Source: Planctomicrobium piriforme
GTDB taxonomy: Bacteria; Planctomycetota; Planctomycetia; Pirellulales; UBA1268
Direction of reading: 5' to 3'
NCBI GenBank assembly: GCA_945861585.1
Contig: CAMAVC010000001.1
Span: forward strand, 5,947 to 69,946
Length of the DNA: 64,000 bases
Shown here: one piece after another, positions 44,734 through 52,908 of the stretch
Layout of the letters: each line of letters begins with the position of its first letter
Numbering within the stretch: position 1 is the stretch's first letter
Translations under genes and position numbers: made by a program
Notes under the pieces: generated by a model
The model's database searches: none
What the model was told of the DNA's origin: nothing
Seen by the model: the letters and a program-made list of their open reading frames with translations, nothing else

Positions 44734-45020
44734 ATGGCTGCGTGGGGCAAGCGTCCCGCTTGCCGTGCGTAGCCCTCCAAAGTGCGCCGGCTCGGGGCTA
44801 CCCCGTACCGTCTCGCCGGTCGTTCGCTGTGGGCCTCCAGCCCTCCGCTCACTCGGATGTGCCTGCGCTGCCTGGAGCGCATTCGCTGCGCCATCCATGG
44901 CTTCGCTGGTCACATACGCCGTCACAACGGCAGGGGCAGCCCCGAGCCTCCCGCATTCGATGATGAGGAAGCCCGAGGCGTAAGCCGAGAGGATGCCCCG
45001 ACGATCTCGTACGTGCGCCG

Positions 45021-45914
45021 TCACGCCCGGCGTTGAAATGCGCTGGGGGAGACTCCGGCGACGCGCTTGAAAGCCCGGGAGAACTGCGCGGCGTCGGTGA
45101 AGCCCAGGCGGGCGGCGGCCTGTTGCACCTGGAGGCCTTCGTGCGTGAGCAGGTCGGCGGCGAGGGTCATCCGTTGGCGCAGGAGTTCCTGGTAGGGGCT
45201 CGTGGTCCCGTAGCGACGGAAGAGGCGGCAGGCGTAGGCCGTAGAAATGCCAAACTCACCAGCAGCCTGTTCGATCGATACGAGCCGCTCGCGATCTTTG
45301 GCCAGGAATTGCTGGAACCGCACGAATGTCGAGAAGGCGACGCCGTCGGGTGTGTCGGTGGGCTGTGCGAGCTCCTGGATCTTCGTGAGCAACACGCCGA
45401 TAAGCTGCGAGCAGAGGGCCTGGCTGTGCGTCGAGTGGGCGAGGCCGCACTGCTGGAGGAGATCGAAAATCGCCCGGATCTCACGCGGTCGCCCGACGGT
45501 GGCGTGGCTTCCCGGGGTGAGCCGGGCGGCGCGGAGCAGGCGCGCGGCGTCGCGGCCCACGAAATCGACGTAGTATTTCCGCAGCCTATGCCGGCGGTCG
45601 GTGTGAATGGCGTGCGCGATGCCCGGGCCGTAGGAAAAAACGGAGCCGGTGGCGAGCGGCGTCACGCTGCCGTCGAGCGAGAGCGTGCCCCGGCCTGCAG
45701 CGACGAATTCGACGCAACAGTAGGGAAAATCATCGCGGGCCACGAGGTAATCGCCCCGCACCTGCTCCTCACCACCGCACACGACCGTGAGCGGCCCACG
45801 GTGGGCGGGCCGCAGGTCGAGGAAGTAGCGGCGGGCCGTCACGACCTGCCGCGAGACGAATGCCGGCAGAGGCTGGCGTGGTCGGCCCGACGGGTGGAGC
45901 TGCGGCGTAGTCAT
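45021..45914 (-). CDS. AraC-family transcriptional regulator
   Basis: C-terminal double HTH: FGISTAYACRLFRRYGTTSPYQ ... AAARLGFTDAAQFSRAFKRVAGVSPSAF. The track start at 45923 is a TTG; ATG at 45914 is preferred. Confidence 0.85.
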   Translation of the reverse strand: MTTPQLHPSGRPRQPLPAFVSRQVVTARRYFLDLRPAHRGPLTVVCGGEEQVRGDYLVARDDFPYCCVEFVAAGRGTLSLDGSVTPLATGSVFSYGPGIAHAIHTDRRHRLRKYYVDFVGRDAARLLRAARLTPGSHATVGRPREIRAIFDLLQQCGLAHSTHSQALCSQLIGVLLTKIQELAQPTDTPDGVAFSTFVRFQQFLAKDRERLVSIEQAAGEFGISTAYACRLFRRYGTTSPYQELLRQRMTLAADLLTHEGLQVQQAAARLGFTDAAQFSRAFKRVAGVSPSAFQRRA

Positions 45915-45917
45915 TGA

Positions 45918-45948
45918 GGTCAAGAATAGTCATGCGACGGTCAAGAAT
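45918..45948. promoter_or_regulatory. two direct repeats GGTCAAGAATnnTCAT spaced 21 bp (candidate AraC-type operator)
   Basis: GGTCAAGAAT occurs at 45918-45927 and 45939-45948, each followed by nnTCAT. The repeats lie in the low-GC divergent spacer between the AraC gene and the UxaE-like gene (ATG 45990). Confidence 0.4.
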
Positions 45949-45989
45949 CATCATTCCAAGCCATCGACTACGCGGGATATGCTGCCGGC

Positions 45990-47240
45990 ATGAAACTGCT
46001 TCCCAGACTATCGTTCGGGGTCGGCGATCGTTTCGCCCGCGAGGCCGAGGCGCAACTCGCCGCCTTTGAAATGCTCGCGGCGCGGGGCGTCGTCGTCGCC
46101 CCAGTGTGGAACAAGTCGAACCGTGAGCATTCGTTCATCGGCAGTGAGCCCGCGAGCGTGCGGGCGGCGGCGGCCCGGGCCGTGGCGGCCCGACAGTGGC
46201 CGCACCCGTGGTTCGTCGATGCCGACCACATCCGCCTCGAGACGGTCGACCGGTTTCTCAAGTCGAGTGATTTTTTCACGATCGACGTCGCCGATTCGAT
46301 CGGCAAGGCGGCTCCCCTGGCCGACGTGAAGGCGTTCGTTGCCCGTCACCCCGAGTTGGCGAAGCCGCTGGCCGTGCCGGGGATCACGAAGGTGATCCGC
46401 TTGTCGGAGGATGCCGTGGCGAGGATCGCCGGCACCTATCTGCTTGCCTGCCGGGAGGCCGGCGCGATCTGGCGGCACATCGAGCAGGCCCGCGGGGGCG
46501 ACATCGTCATCGAGGTCAGCATGGATGAGACCGACGAGCCGCAGACTCCGCCGGAGCTGCTCGTGATTCTCGCGCTCCTCGCCGAGGAGAAGATTCCACT
46601 GCAGACGATCGCGCCCAAGTTCACCGGCCGGTTCAACAAGGGCGTGGACTACGTCGGCGATCTCGTCCGGTTCGAACAGGAGTTTTCCGACGACATCGCC
46701 GTGTGCGCCTTCGCTGCTGCCCACTACGGGCTCCCGCCGTCACTCAAACTGTCGGTGCATTCCGGGAGTGACAAGTTCTCGCTCTATCCGGTGATCCGCC
46801 GGACGCTCGCCCGCACCGGCGCCGGCGTCCACCTGAAGACGGCGGGCACGACGTGGCTCGAGGAGATGATCGGCCTGGCCGAGGCTGGCGGCGACGGCCT
46901 GGCGCTCGCCAAGGAGATCTATGCCTCTGCCCTCGATCACATCGACGAGTTCTGTGCGCCCTACGCCGCCGTGATCGACATCGACCGTTCGCAGTTGCCG
47001 TCGGCCGCCGAGGTGGCGGTCTGGAGCGGACCGCGCTTCGCGGCAGCCGTGCGGCACGTGCCCGTGAACCAGGCGTTCAACCCGCACATGCGGCAGTTGC
47101 TGCACGTCTCGTTCAAGGTGGCCGCCAAGCACGGGGCCCGGTATATCGACCTGCTCCGGGTGAACCGGGAGATCGTGGCGCAGCAGGTCACCGACAACAT
47201 CTTCGACCGCCACCTCGTCCCCTTGTTTGTGGACGTGTAG
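45990..47240 (+). CDS. UxaE-family (tagaturonate/fructuronate) epimerase-like protein
   Basis: The motifs KFTGRFNKGVDYVGDL, SVHSGSDKFSLYP, HLKTAGTTWLEE and RQLLHVSFK parallel the Thermotoga UxaE motifs as I recall them. Confidence 0.6.
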   Translation: MKLLPRLSFGVGDRFAREAEAQLAAFEMLAARGVVVAPVWNKSNREHSFIGSEPASVRAAAARAVAARQWPHPWFVDADHIRLETVDRFLKSSDFFTIDVADSIGKAAPLADVKAFVARHPELAKPLAVPGITKVIRLSEDAVARIAGTYLLACREAGAIWRHIEQARGGDIVIEVSMDETDEPQTPPELLVILALLAEEKIPLQTIAPKFTGRFNKGVDYVGDLVRFEQEFSDDIAVCAFAAAHYGLPPSLKLSVHSGSDKFSLYPVIRRTLARTGAGVHLKTAGTTWLEEMIGLAEAGGDGLALAKEIYASALDHIDEFCAPYAAVIDIDRSQLPSAAEVAVWSGPRFAAAVRHVPVNQAFNPHMRQLLHVSFKVAAKHGARYIDLLRVNREIVAQQVTDNIFDRHLVPLFVDV

Positions 47241-47254
47241 TCTTCGATCCGGAA

Positions 47255-47272
47255 GGCAGGCTCGAGCCTGCC
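47255..47272 (+). repeat. 18-nt perfect palindrome GGCAGGCTCGAGCCTGCC in an intra-operon spacer
   Basis: Read directly. It begins 15 nt after the stop at 47240 and ends 9 nt before the next ATG (47281). Confidence 0.5.
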
Positions 47273-47280
47273 GGAAGCCC

Positions 47281-48096
47281 ATGCGATCCGCAGTCACTGT
47301 CTGCCTGGTGCCTGAAGCCCGCCAGGGGCCATTCGTCTTCCATGAAGGCCTCGACGCTGGCTGTCGCGCCGCCGTCGAGCTCGGATTCGACGGCGTGGAG
47401 ATCTTTCCCGAATCGGCGGCGGGCTTCGAAGGTTCCGGCCTTGCGCACTGTCTCGCAACCCACGGGCTCACGCTCGCTGCCGTGGGCAGCGGCGCCGGGT
47501 GGGTGAAGCACAAGCTTCATCTGTGTCATCCCGAACCCACGGTCCGCGCCCAGGCCGTCTCGTTCGTCGGCGATCTCGTCGATCGGGCCGGCGAGCTGGG
47601 GGCGCCGGTGATCGTCGGTTCGATGCAGGGCCGCAGCGAAGGTGCCATGGCCAGGGAGCAGGCGATCCCCCTCTTGGTTGAGGCTCTCCACGTGCTCGGC
47701 GACCGCGCCGCCCGGCATGGCCAGGTGCTGCTCTACGAGCCCCTCAACCGCTACGAGACGAATCTTTTCAATCGCCAGGCTGACGCGGCGGAGTGTATCA
47801 AGGCTCACGGCCTCACGACCGTCAAACTCCTCTGCGACCTCTTTCACATGAATATCGAAGAGGCGGACATGCCGGCGGCGCTCGTGGGCTGTGGCGATCT
47901 GGTCGGCCACGTTCATTGGGCGGATTCCAACCGGCGGGCGATCGGCTTCGGTCACACCGCAGTCGGGCCGGTCGTCGCCGCGCTCGCACGAATCGACTAT
48001 CACGGCTTCCTGTCGGCCGAGGTGTTTCCGGACCCGACGTCGCTCACCGCCGCCCGGCAGAGCGTCGAGAGTTTTCGCGCGTTCACGAAAGGCTGA
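47281..48096 (+). CDS. sugar phosphate isomerase/epimerase (xylose isomerase-like TIM barrel)
   Basis: Trimmed to MRSAVTVCLVPE. Motifs: GFDGVEIFPE, LLYEPLNRYETNL, LCDLFHMNIEE, HVHWADSNR. Confidence 0.75.
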   Translation: MRSAVTVCLVPEARQGPFVFHEGLDAGCRAAVELGFDGVEIFPESAAGFEGSGLAHCLATHGLTLAAVGSGAGWVKHKLHLCHPEPTVRAQAVSFVGDLVDRAGELGAPVIVGSMQGRSEGAMAREQAIPLLVEALHVLGDRAARHGQVLLYEPLNRYETNLFNRQADAAECIKAHGLTTVKLLCDLFHMNIEEADMPAALVGCGDLVGHVHWADSNRRAIGFGHTAVGPVVAALARIDYHGFLSAEVFPDPTSLTAARQSVESFRAFTKG

Positions 48097-48099
48097 CCC

Positions 48100-48555
48100 A
48101 TGCTCAACGGCCCCCTGCTCCACCCCGACATCCTGCGGATTCTCGCACAGGCGGGGCATCACTCGAAGGTGCTGATCGCCGACGGCAACTATCCGGCGGC
48201 CAACAAGCGCGGGCCCCGGGCGGCGCTCGTGTCGCTCCAGCTTATGCCGGGCGTGCCGACCGTGGCCCAGGTGTTGGAGGCGATCCTCGGCGCGGTGCGG
48301 ATCGACGAAGTGCACACGATGGGCGTCGATCGGAGCGATTCGTATGCTGCCGCGACGCCGGGAGATCCCGCGGTGTGGGCCGACTACCGGCGGATTCTCG
48401 CCGTCGCGAACTCGCCCTGCGAACTCACGCCGATCGTGAAGTGGGATTTCTACAAGGCCGTGGCTTCGGACGACCACGTGCTCACGATTCAGACCGCCGA
48501 CACGCAGCCGTGGGCGAATCTTCTGCTTTCGGTCGGCTGCCGCACGTTCGGGTGA
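48100..48555 (+). CDS. RbsD/FucU-family sugar mutarotase
   Basis: MLNGPLLHPDILRILAQAGHHSKVLIADGNYPA matches the FucU/RbsD N-terminus. Length is 151 aa. Confidence 0.8.
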   Translation: MLNGPLLHPDILRILAQAGHHSKVLIADGNYPAANKRGPRAALVSLQLMPGVPTVAQVLEAILGAVRIDEVHTMGVDRSDSYAAATPGDPAVWADYRRILAVANSPCELTPIVKWDFYKAVASDDHVLTIQTADTQPWANLLLSVGCRTFG

Positions 48556-48559
48556 CACG

Positions 48560-49492
48560 ATGCACACACGCCCACTCGGCACGACCGGCCTCGACGTCCC
48601 GATCCTCGCCTTCGGCGCGAGTTCGCTGGGGCAGGAGTTCCGTTCGATCACGCTCGACGAAGCCCTGGGAAGCGTCCGGGCCGCGCTCGAGTGCGGCATG
48701 CGGCTGATCGACACGAGCCCGTTCTACGGCCGAGGCATGAGCGAGGTGCTGCTCGGCGTGGCGTTGCGATCCATCCCACGGAATGAGTACCTCTTGTGCA
48801 CGAAGCTCGGCCGCTACGATCTCTCCCACTTCGATTTCTCGGCGAAGCGGGTGGCCGAGAGTGTCGACGTGTCGCTCCATCGGCTCGGCACCGACCATCT
48901 CGACATCGTTCTCTGCCATGACGTCGAGTTCGTCCCGCTCCGGCAGATCGTGGACGAGACGCTTCCGGCCTTGCGGCGCGCCCAACAGGCGGGCAAGGCG
49001 AGGTTCATCGGCTTCAGCGGCTATCCCCAGAAGATCTTCCGCGCCCTCTGTGACGAAGCAGCGGTGGACTGCGTGCTCAATTACAACCAATACACCCTGC
49101 AGAACACGCGGTTTGCCGACGAGACGATTCCGTATCTCGAGGCGAAGGGGGTCGGCGTGATGAGTGCCGGCCCATTCAGTGCGCGGCTGCTCACCGACGC
49201 TCCGCTGCCCGCGTGGCTCAAGGAGCCGGAGGCGGTGAAGGCGGCGGCCAGGCAGGCGGCCGATCTGTGCCGGGCCCGCGGCAGTTCGATCGCGAAGCTC
49301 GCGCTGCAGTTTGCAATCGCCAATCCGCGGATCGCGACGACGATCGCGGGGAGCGCAAACCCCGTGAACATCCGGGCCTGGGCCGAGTGGGCAGCCGAGC
49401 CGCTCGACCAGGAACTCCTCCGCGACGTGCGGGCGATCTTTGCCCGAGTGAAGAACATCGGGCACGTGGAGGGCCTGCCGGAGAACAACTAG
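48560..49492 (+). CDS. aldo/keto reductase (aldose/L-fucose 1-dehydrogenase-like)
   Basis: Motifs: LGTTGLDVPILAFGASSLG, IDTSPFYGRGMSE, LCTKLGRY, LDIVLCHD. Confidence 0.85.
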   Translation: MHTRPLGTTGLDVPILAFGASSLGQEFRSITLDEALGSVRAALECGMRLIDTSPFYGRGMSEVLLGVALRSIPRNEYLLCTKLGRYDLSHFDFSAKRVAESVDVSLHRLGTDHLDIVLCHDVEFVPLRQIVDETLPALRRAQQAGKARFIGFSGYPQKIFRALCDEAAVDCVLNYNQYTLQNTRFADETIPYLEAKGVGVMSAGPFSARLLTDAPLPAWLKEPEAVKAAARQAADLCRARGSSIAKLALQFAIANPRIATTIAGSANPVNIRAWAEWAAEPLDQELLRDVRAIFARVKNIGHVEGLPENN

Positions 49493-49519
49493 CGCCGTGG
49501 TCGCGCGGCCTTTGATGCC

Positions 49520-50362
49520 ATGAGAATCGACTCCCACCAGCATTTCTGGAACTATTCCGCCGCCGAATACCCGTGGATCGGCGCGGGGATGGAGCGGCTG
49601 GCCTGCGACCACCTGCCGGCCGACCTCGAGACCGTCGCACGGCCGGTGGGCGTCGTGGGGAGCGTGGCCGTGCAGGCGCGTCAGTCGCTCGCGGAGACCC
49701 GCTGGCTGCTCAGCTTGGCCAAGAAGCATCCGTTCATCCGCGGCGTCGTGGGCTGGGTGGATCTACGGAGCGAACGTGTCGCCGACGACCTGGCGATTCT
49801 GGCTCATGACGAACAATTCGTAGGCGTGCGGCATGTCGTGCAGGATGAGCCCGATCCGCGGTTTGTGCTCGGGGAGGCCTTCGTGCGGGGCGTGCGGGCG
49901 CTCCACCGGTTCGGGCTCACGTACGACCTTCTGATCTATCCGAATCAGTTGCCGGCAGCGATCGACCTGGTGGGCCTGCTTCCCGAACAGCTGTTCGTGC
50001 TCGACCATCTGGCCAAGCCGCGGATCAAGCTGCCGCCGAAGGCAGATGAGATTGCGGACTGGCGGCGCGGCATAGAGACCCTCGCCCGGCACGACAACGT
50101 GTGCTGCAAGCTGTCGGGGCTCGTCACGGAGGTGGCCTGGCGGCAGTGGCAGCCGGCGGATTTCACGCCGGTTCTCGACATCGCCCTCGCCGCCTTCGGC
50201 CCAGACCGGCTGATGTTCGGCAGCGACTGGCCCGTGTGCCTGCTCTCTGCCGAGTATGCGGAAGTTGCTGGAATCATCGACGACTTTATCTCGACACTCA
50301 CTCCCGCCGAGCAATCGCTGATCTGGGCAGACACGGCCTGCCGTGTGTATCGAATACGATGA
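49520..50362 (+). CDS. amidohydrolase-2 family lactonase (L-fuconolactonase-like)
   Basis: Motifs: MRIDSHQHFWNY, VAVQARQSLAET, LDHLAKPRIK, MFGSDWPVCLL. Confidence 0.8.
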   Translation: MRIDSHQHFWNYSAAEYPWIGAGMERLACDHLPADLETVARPVGVVGSVAVQARQSLAETRWLLSLAKKHPFIRGVVGWVDLRSERVADDLAILAHDEQFVGVRHVVQDEPDPRFVLGEAFVRGVRALHRFGLTYDLLIYPNQLPAAIDLVGLLPEQLFVLDHLAKPRIKLPPKADEIADWRRGIETLARHDNVCCKLSGLVTEVAWRQWQPADFTPVLDIALAAFGPDRLMFGSDWPVCLLSAEYAEVAGIIDDFISTLTPAEQSLIWADTACRVYRIR

Positions 50363-50369
50363 CTGGAAA

Positions 50370-50477
50370 CGGGAGGCGAGGGGGTCGGCGAACGCTCGAG
50401 GAGCATTGGGCTGCCGCAGCCCACGCGACAATCCGAAGGACCGCACAGCGGCGACTTTTGCCGCCCCCGAGCCGGCG
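50370..50477 (+). repeat. intergenic structured repeat, copy B (108 nt; has a 21-nt insertion relative to copy A)
   Basis: Same element as 11670..11756. The inner hairpin here is GGGCUG-CCG-CAGCCC. It begins 8 nt after the stop at 50362 and ends 33 nt before the ATG at 50511. Confidence 0.6.
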
Positions 50478-50510
50478 GAACACCTCCTTGGAAAGAGACC
50501 TGATTGTCTG

Positions 50511-51542
50511 ATGCAAGCGATCCTGCTCGAACAGCCAAAAACATTTCGTTTCATCGACATCCCTGAGCCACCGCCTCCCGGACCGGGCGAGGCGGTCGTG
50601 CGCGTGCATGCGGTAGGCATCTGCGGCACCGACTATGGCGGCTACCTCGGGAAGATGCCCTTCTTCAGCTACCCGCGGATTCCCGGACACGAACTGGGGG
50701 TCGAGGTGGTGGCCGTGGGGCCAGGTGTCACGAACGTCCGGCCGGGCGACCGCTGCTGTGTCGAGCCCTACATCAACTGCCAGCGGTGCTCTTCGTGCCA
50801 GCGCGGGCTCACCAACTGTTGCGAGCACCACCAGACGGTCGGCGTGCACTGTGACGGCGGCCTGCGCCCGCTGTTCACCGTGCCGGCCCGCAAGCTCCAT
50901 CCGTCGCCGCGGCTCTCGCACGCCCAAAATGCCCTCGTCGAGACGCTCGCGATCGGCTGCCATGCGGTCGATCGGGCTGCACCCCAGCAGAAAGAGACGG
51001 TGCTCGTGATCGGTGCGGGGCCGATCGGCCTTTCGGCGCTCGAGTTTGCGAAGCTCACGGGGGCCCGCGTGATCGTGATGGACATGGCCGCCAGCCGCCT
51101 CGCATTCGTCCGCGAGAGCATGGGCGTCGCCGACACGGTGGCCGCCAGCGGCACGGCAGCCGACGAGGCCGAGATTGCGAGCCTCACCGCCGGCCGGATG
51201 TGTGACGTCGTGATCGACGCCACGGGGAGCAACGCGAGCATGGCAGGCGCGCTCAGGTTGTGTAGCTTCGGTGGCCGGCTCGTGTACGTCGGCATCACGC
51301 AGGCCGAGGTCTCGTTTCCGCATGCGCCGGTGATGCACCGCCGGGAGCTCACGCTCCTCGCCAGCCGCAATGCGCTGTCGCGGGATTTCACCCGGATCAT
51401 CAGCCTCATCGAGGAGGGCCGGATCGACACGCAGCCGTGGATCACGCACCACGTGCCGTTCGCCGACACGATCCGGGCCTTTCCGGGTTTCCTCGAGCCG
51501 GGGAGCGGCGTGATCAAGGCCGTGATCGAGATGCCCGTCTGA
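50511..51542 (+). CDS. zinc-dependent alcohol/polyol dehydrogenase (MDR family)
   Basis: Trimmed to MQAILLEQPKTF. Motifs: GICGTDYGGY, GHELGVEVV, structural-zinc Cys cluster CQRCSSCQRGLTNCC, and LVIGAGPIGL. Confidence 0.85.
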   Translation: MQAILLEQPKTFRFIDIPEPPPPGPGEAVVRVHAVGICGTDYGGYLGKMPFFSYPRIPGHELGVEVVAVGPGVTNVRPGDRCCVEPYINCQRCSSCQRGLTNCCEHHQTVGVHCDGGLRPLFTVPARKLHPSPRLSHAQNALVETLAIGCHAVDRAAPQQKETVLVIGAGPIGLSALEFAKLTGARVIVMDMAASRLAFVRESMGVADTVAASGTAADEAEIASLTAGRMCDVVIDATGSNASMAGALRLCSFGGRLVYVGITQAEVSFPHAPVMHRRELTLLASRNALSRDFTRIISLIEEGRIDTQPWITHHVPFADTIRAFPGFLEPGSGVIKAVIEMPV

Positions 51543-51653
51543 TGCCCGGCCCACCCGCGGCGGCGGCAGGGGCGAGGGTTGTCGCGGGTCCAAGCGTCAG
51601 GTTGAATATCGGCTCGCTTCGTATCCGTCCGTTTCCGCGAGGAGTCACACCGC

Positions 51654-52859
51654 ATGCCCAAAAAATCCGTCGCCGACCTCGACCCGCGTGGAAAAGCCGT
51701 TCTTGTGCGGGTCGACTTCAACGTGCCGCAGGACGACTCCGGCGCGATCACCGACGACCGCCGGATCAAGATGGCCCTGCCGACGATCCGGTCGATCCTC
51801 GACCGCGGTGGCAAGGCGATCCTCATGTCGCACCTGGGCCGGCCTGCCGGCAAGGGCCTGGAGCCGGCGTTCTCGCTGGCCCCGGTCGCGAAGCGGCTCG
51901 GCGAACTCCTCGGCAAGCCCGTGCTGCTCGCCAGCGACACCGGCGGCGCCGACTCCCAGGCCAAGGCCAAGGCCCTTCCGGCCGGCGGCGTGCTCGTCCT
52001 TGAGAACGTCCGCTTCAACAAGGGTGAGAAGAAGGGGGATGACGCGACCTACGTTGCAGGCCTCGCCAGCCTCGCCGATGCCTACGTGAATGACGCGTTC
52101 GGCACCTGTCACCGCACCGAGGCGAGCATGCACGCCGTGCCCATGGCGCTGAAGGCGCTCGGCAAGCCGGCCGTGTCGGGCTTTCTCGTCGAGAAGGAGA
52201 TTCAATACCTGTCCGACGCGATCGCACGGCCAAAGCGGCCGTTCGTGGCGATCCTCGGGGGCAAGAAGGTGAGCGACAAGATCGCCGTGATTCAAAACCT
52301 GCTCTCGATCTGCGACCACGTGCTGATCGGCGGCGCGATGGCCTACACGTTTTCGCTCGCCCAGGGTGGCCGCACGGGGAAATCACTCGTCGAGCCCGAC
52401 AAGCTCGACCTCGCGAAGGAACTCCTCGCGCACGGCAACGGCAAGCTCGTACTGCCTGTCGACACGCATTGCGCCGATGATTTTTCATCGGGGGCGAACA
52501 AGAAAATTGTCAGGGCGGGCGAGATTCCCGACGGCTTCGAGGGTCTCGACATCGGGCCTGAAACGGCGCAGAAGTATGCCGGGATCATCCGCTCGGCAGG
52601 CACGGTCGTGTGGAACGGGCCGATGGGCGTGTTCGAGATGCCGCCCTTCGACGCCGGCACCAAGGCCGTGGCCGACGCCGTGGCCGACGCCACCGTGAAG
52701 GGTGCGATCACGATCATCGGTGGCGGCGACTCGGCAGCGGCCGTTGAGCAGCTTGGCTACGCCGACAAGGTCAGCCACGTATCAACCGGCGGCGGCGCCT
52801 CCCTCGAGATGCTCGAGGGCAAGGCGTTCGCCACGGTCGCCGTCCTCGACGACAAGTGA
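51654..52859 (+). CDS. pgk: phosphoglycerate kinase
   Basis: Motifs: [41 protein letters not shown]. Confidence 0.95.
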   Translation: MPKKSVADLDPRGKAVLVRVDFNVPQDDSGAITDDRRIKMALPTIRSILDRGGKAILMSHLGRPAGKGLEPAFSLAPVAKRLGELLGKPVLLASDTGGADSQAKAKALPAGGVLVLENVRFNKGEKKGDDATYVAGLASLADAYVNDAFGTCHRTEASMHAVPMALKALGKPAVSGFLVEKEIQYLSDAIARPKRPFVAILGGKKVSDKIAVIQNLLSICDHVLIGGAMAYTFSLAQGGRTGKSLVEPDKLDLAKELLAHGNGKLVLPVDTHCADDFSSGANKKIVRAGEIPDGFEGLDIGPETAQKYAGIIRSAGTVVWNGPMGVFEMPPFDAGTKAVADAVADATVKGAITIIGGGDSAAAVEQLGYADKVSHVSTGGGASLEMLEGKAFATVAVLDDK

Positions 52860-52908
52860 TCCGGGGCTCCTGCAGTGAACCTCCGCAGTGAACCGGGTTA
52901 CCGCTGGG

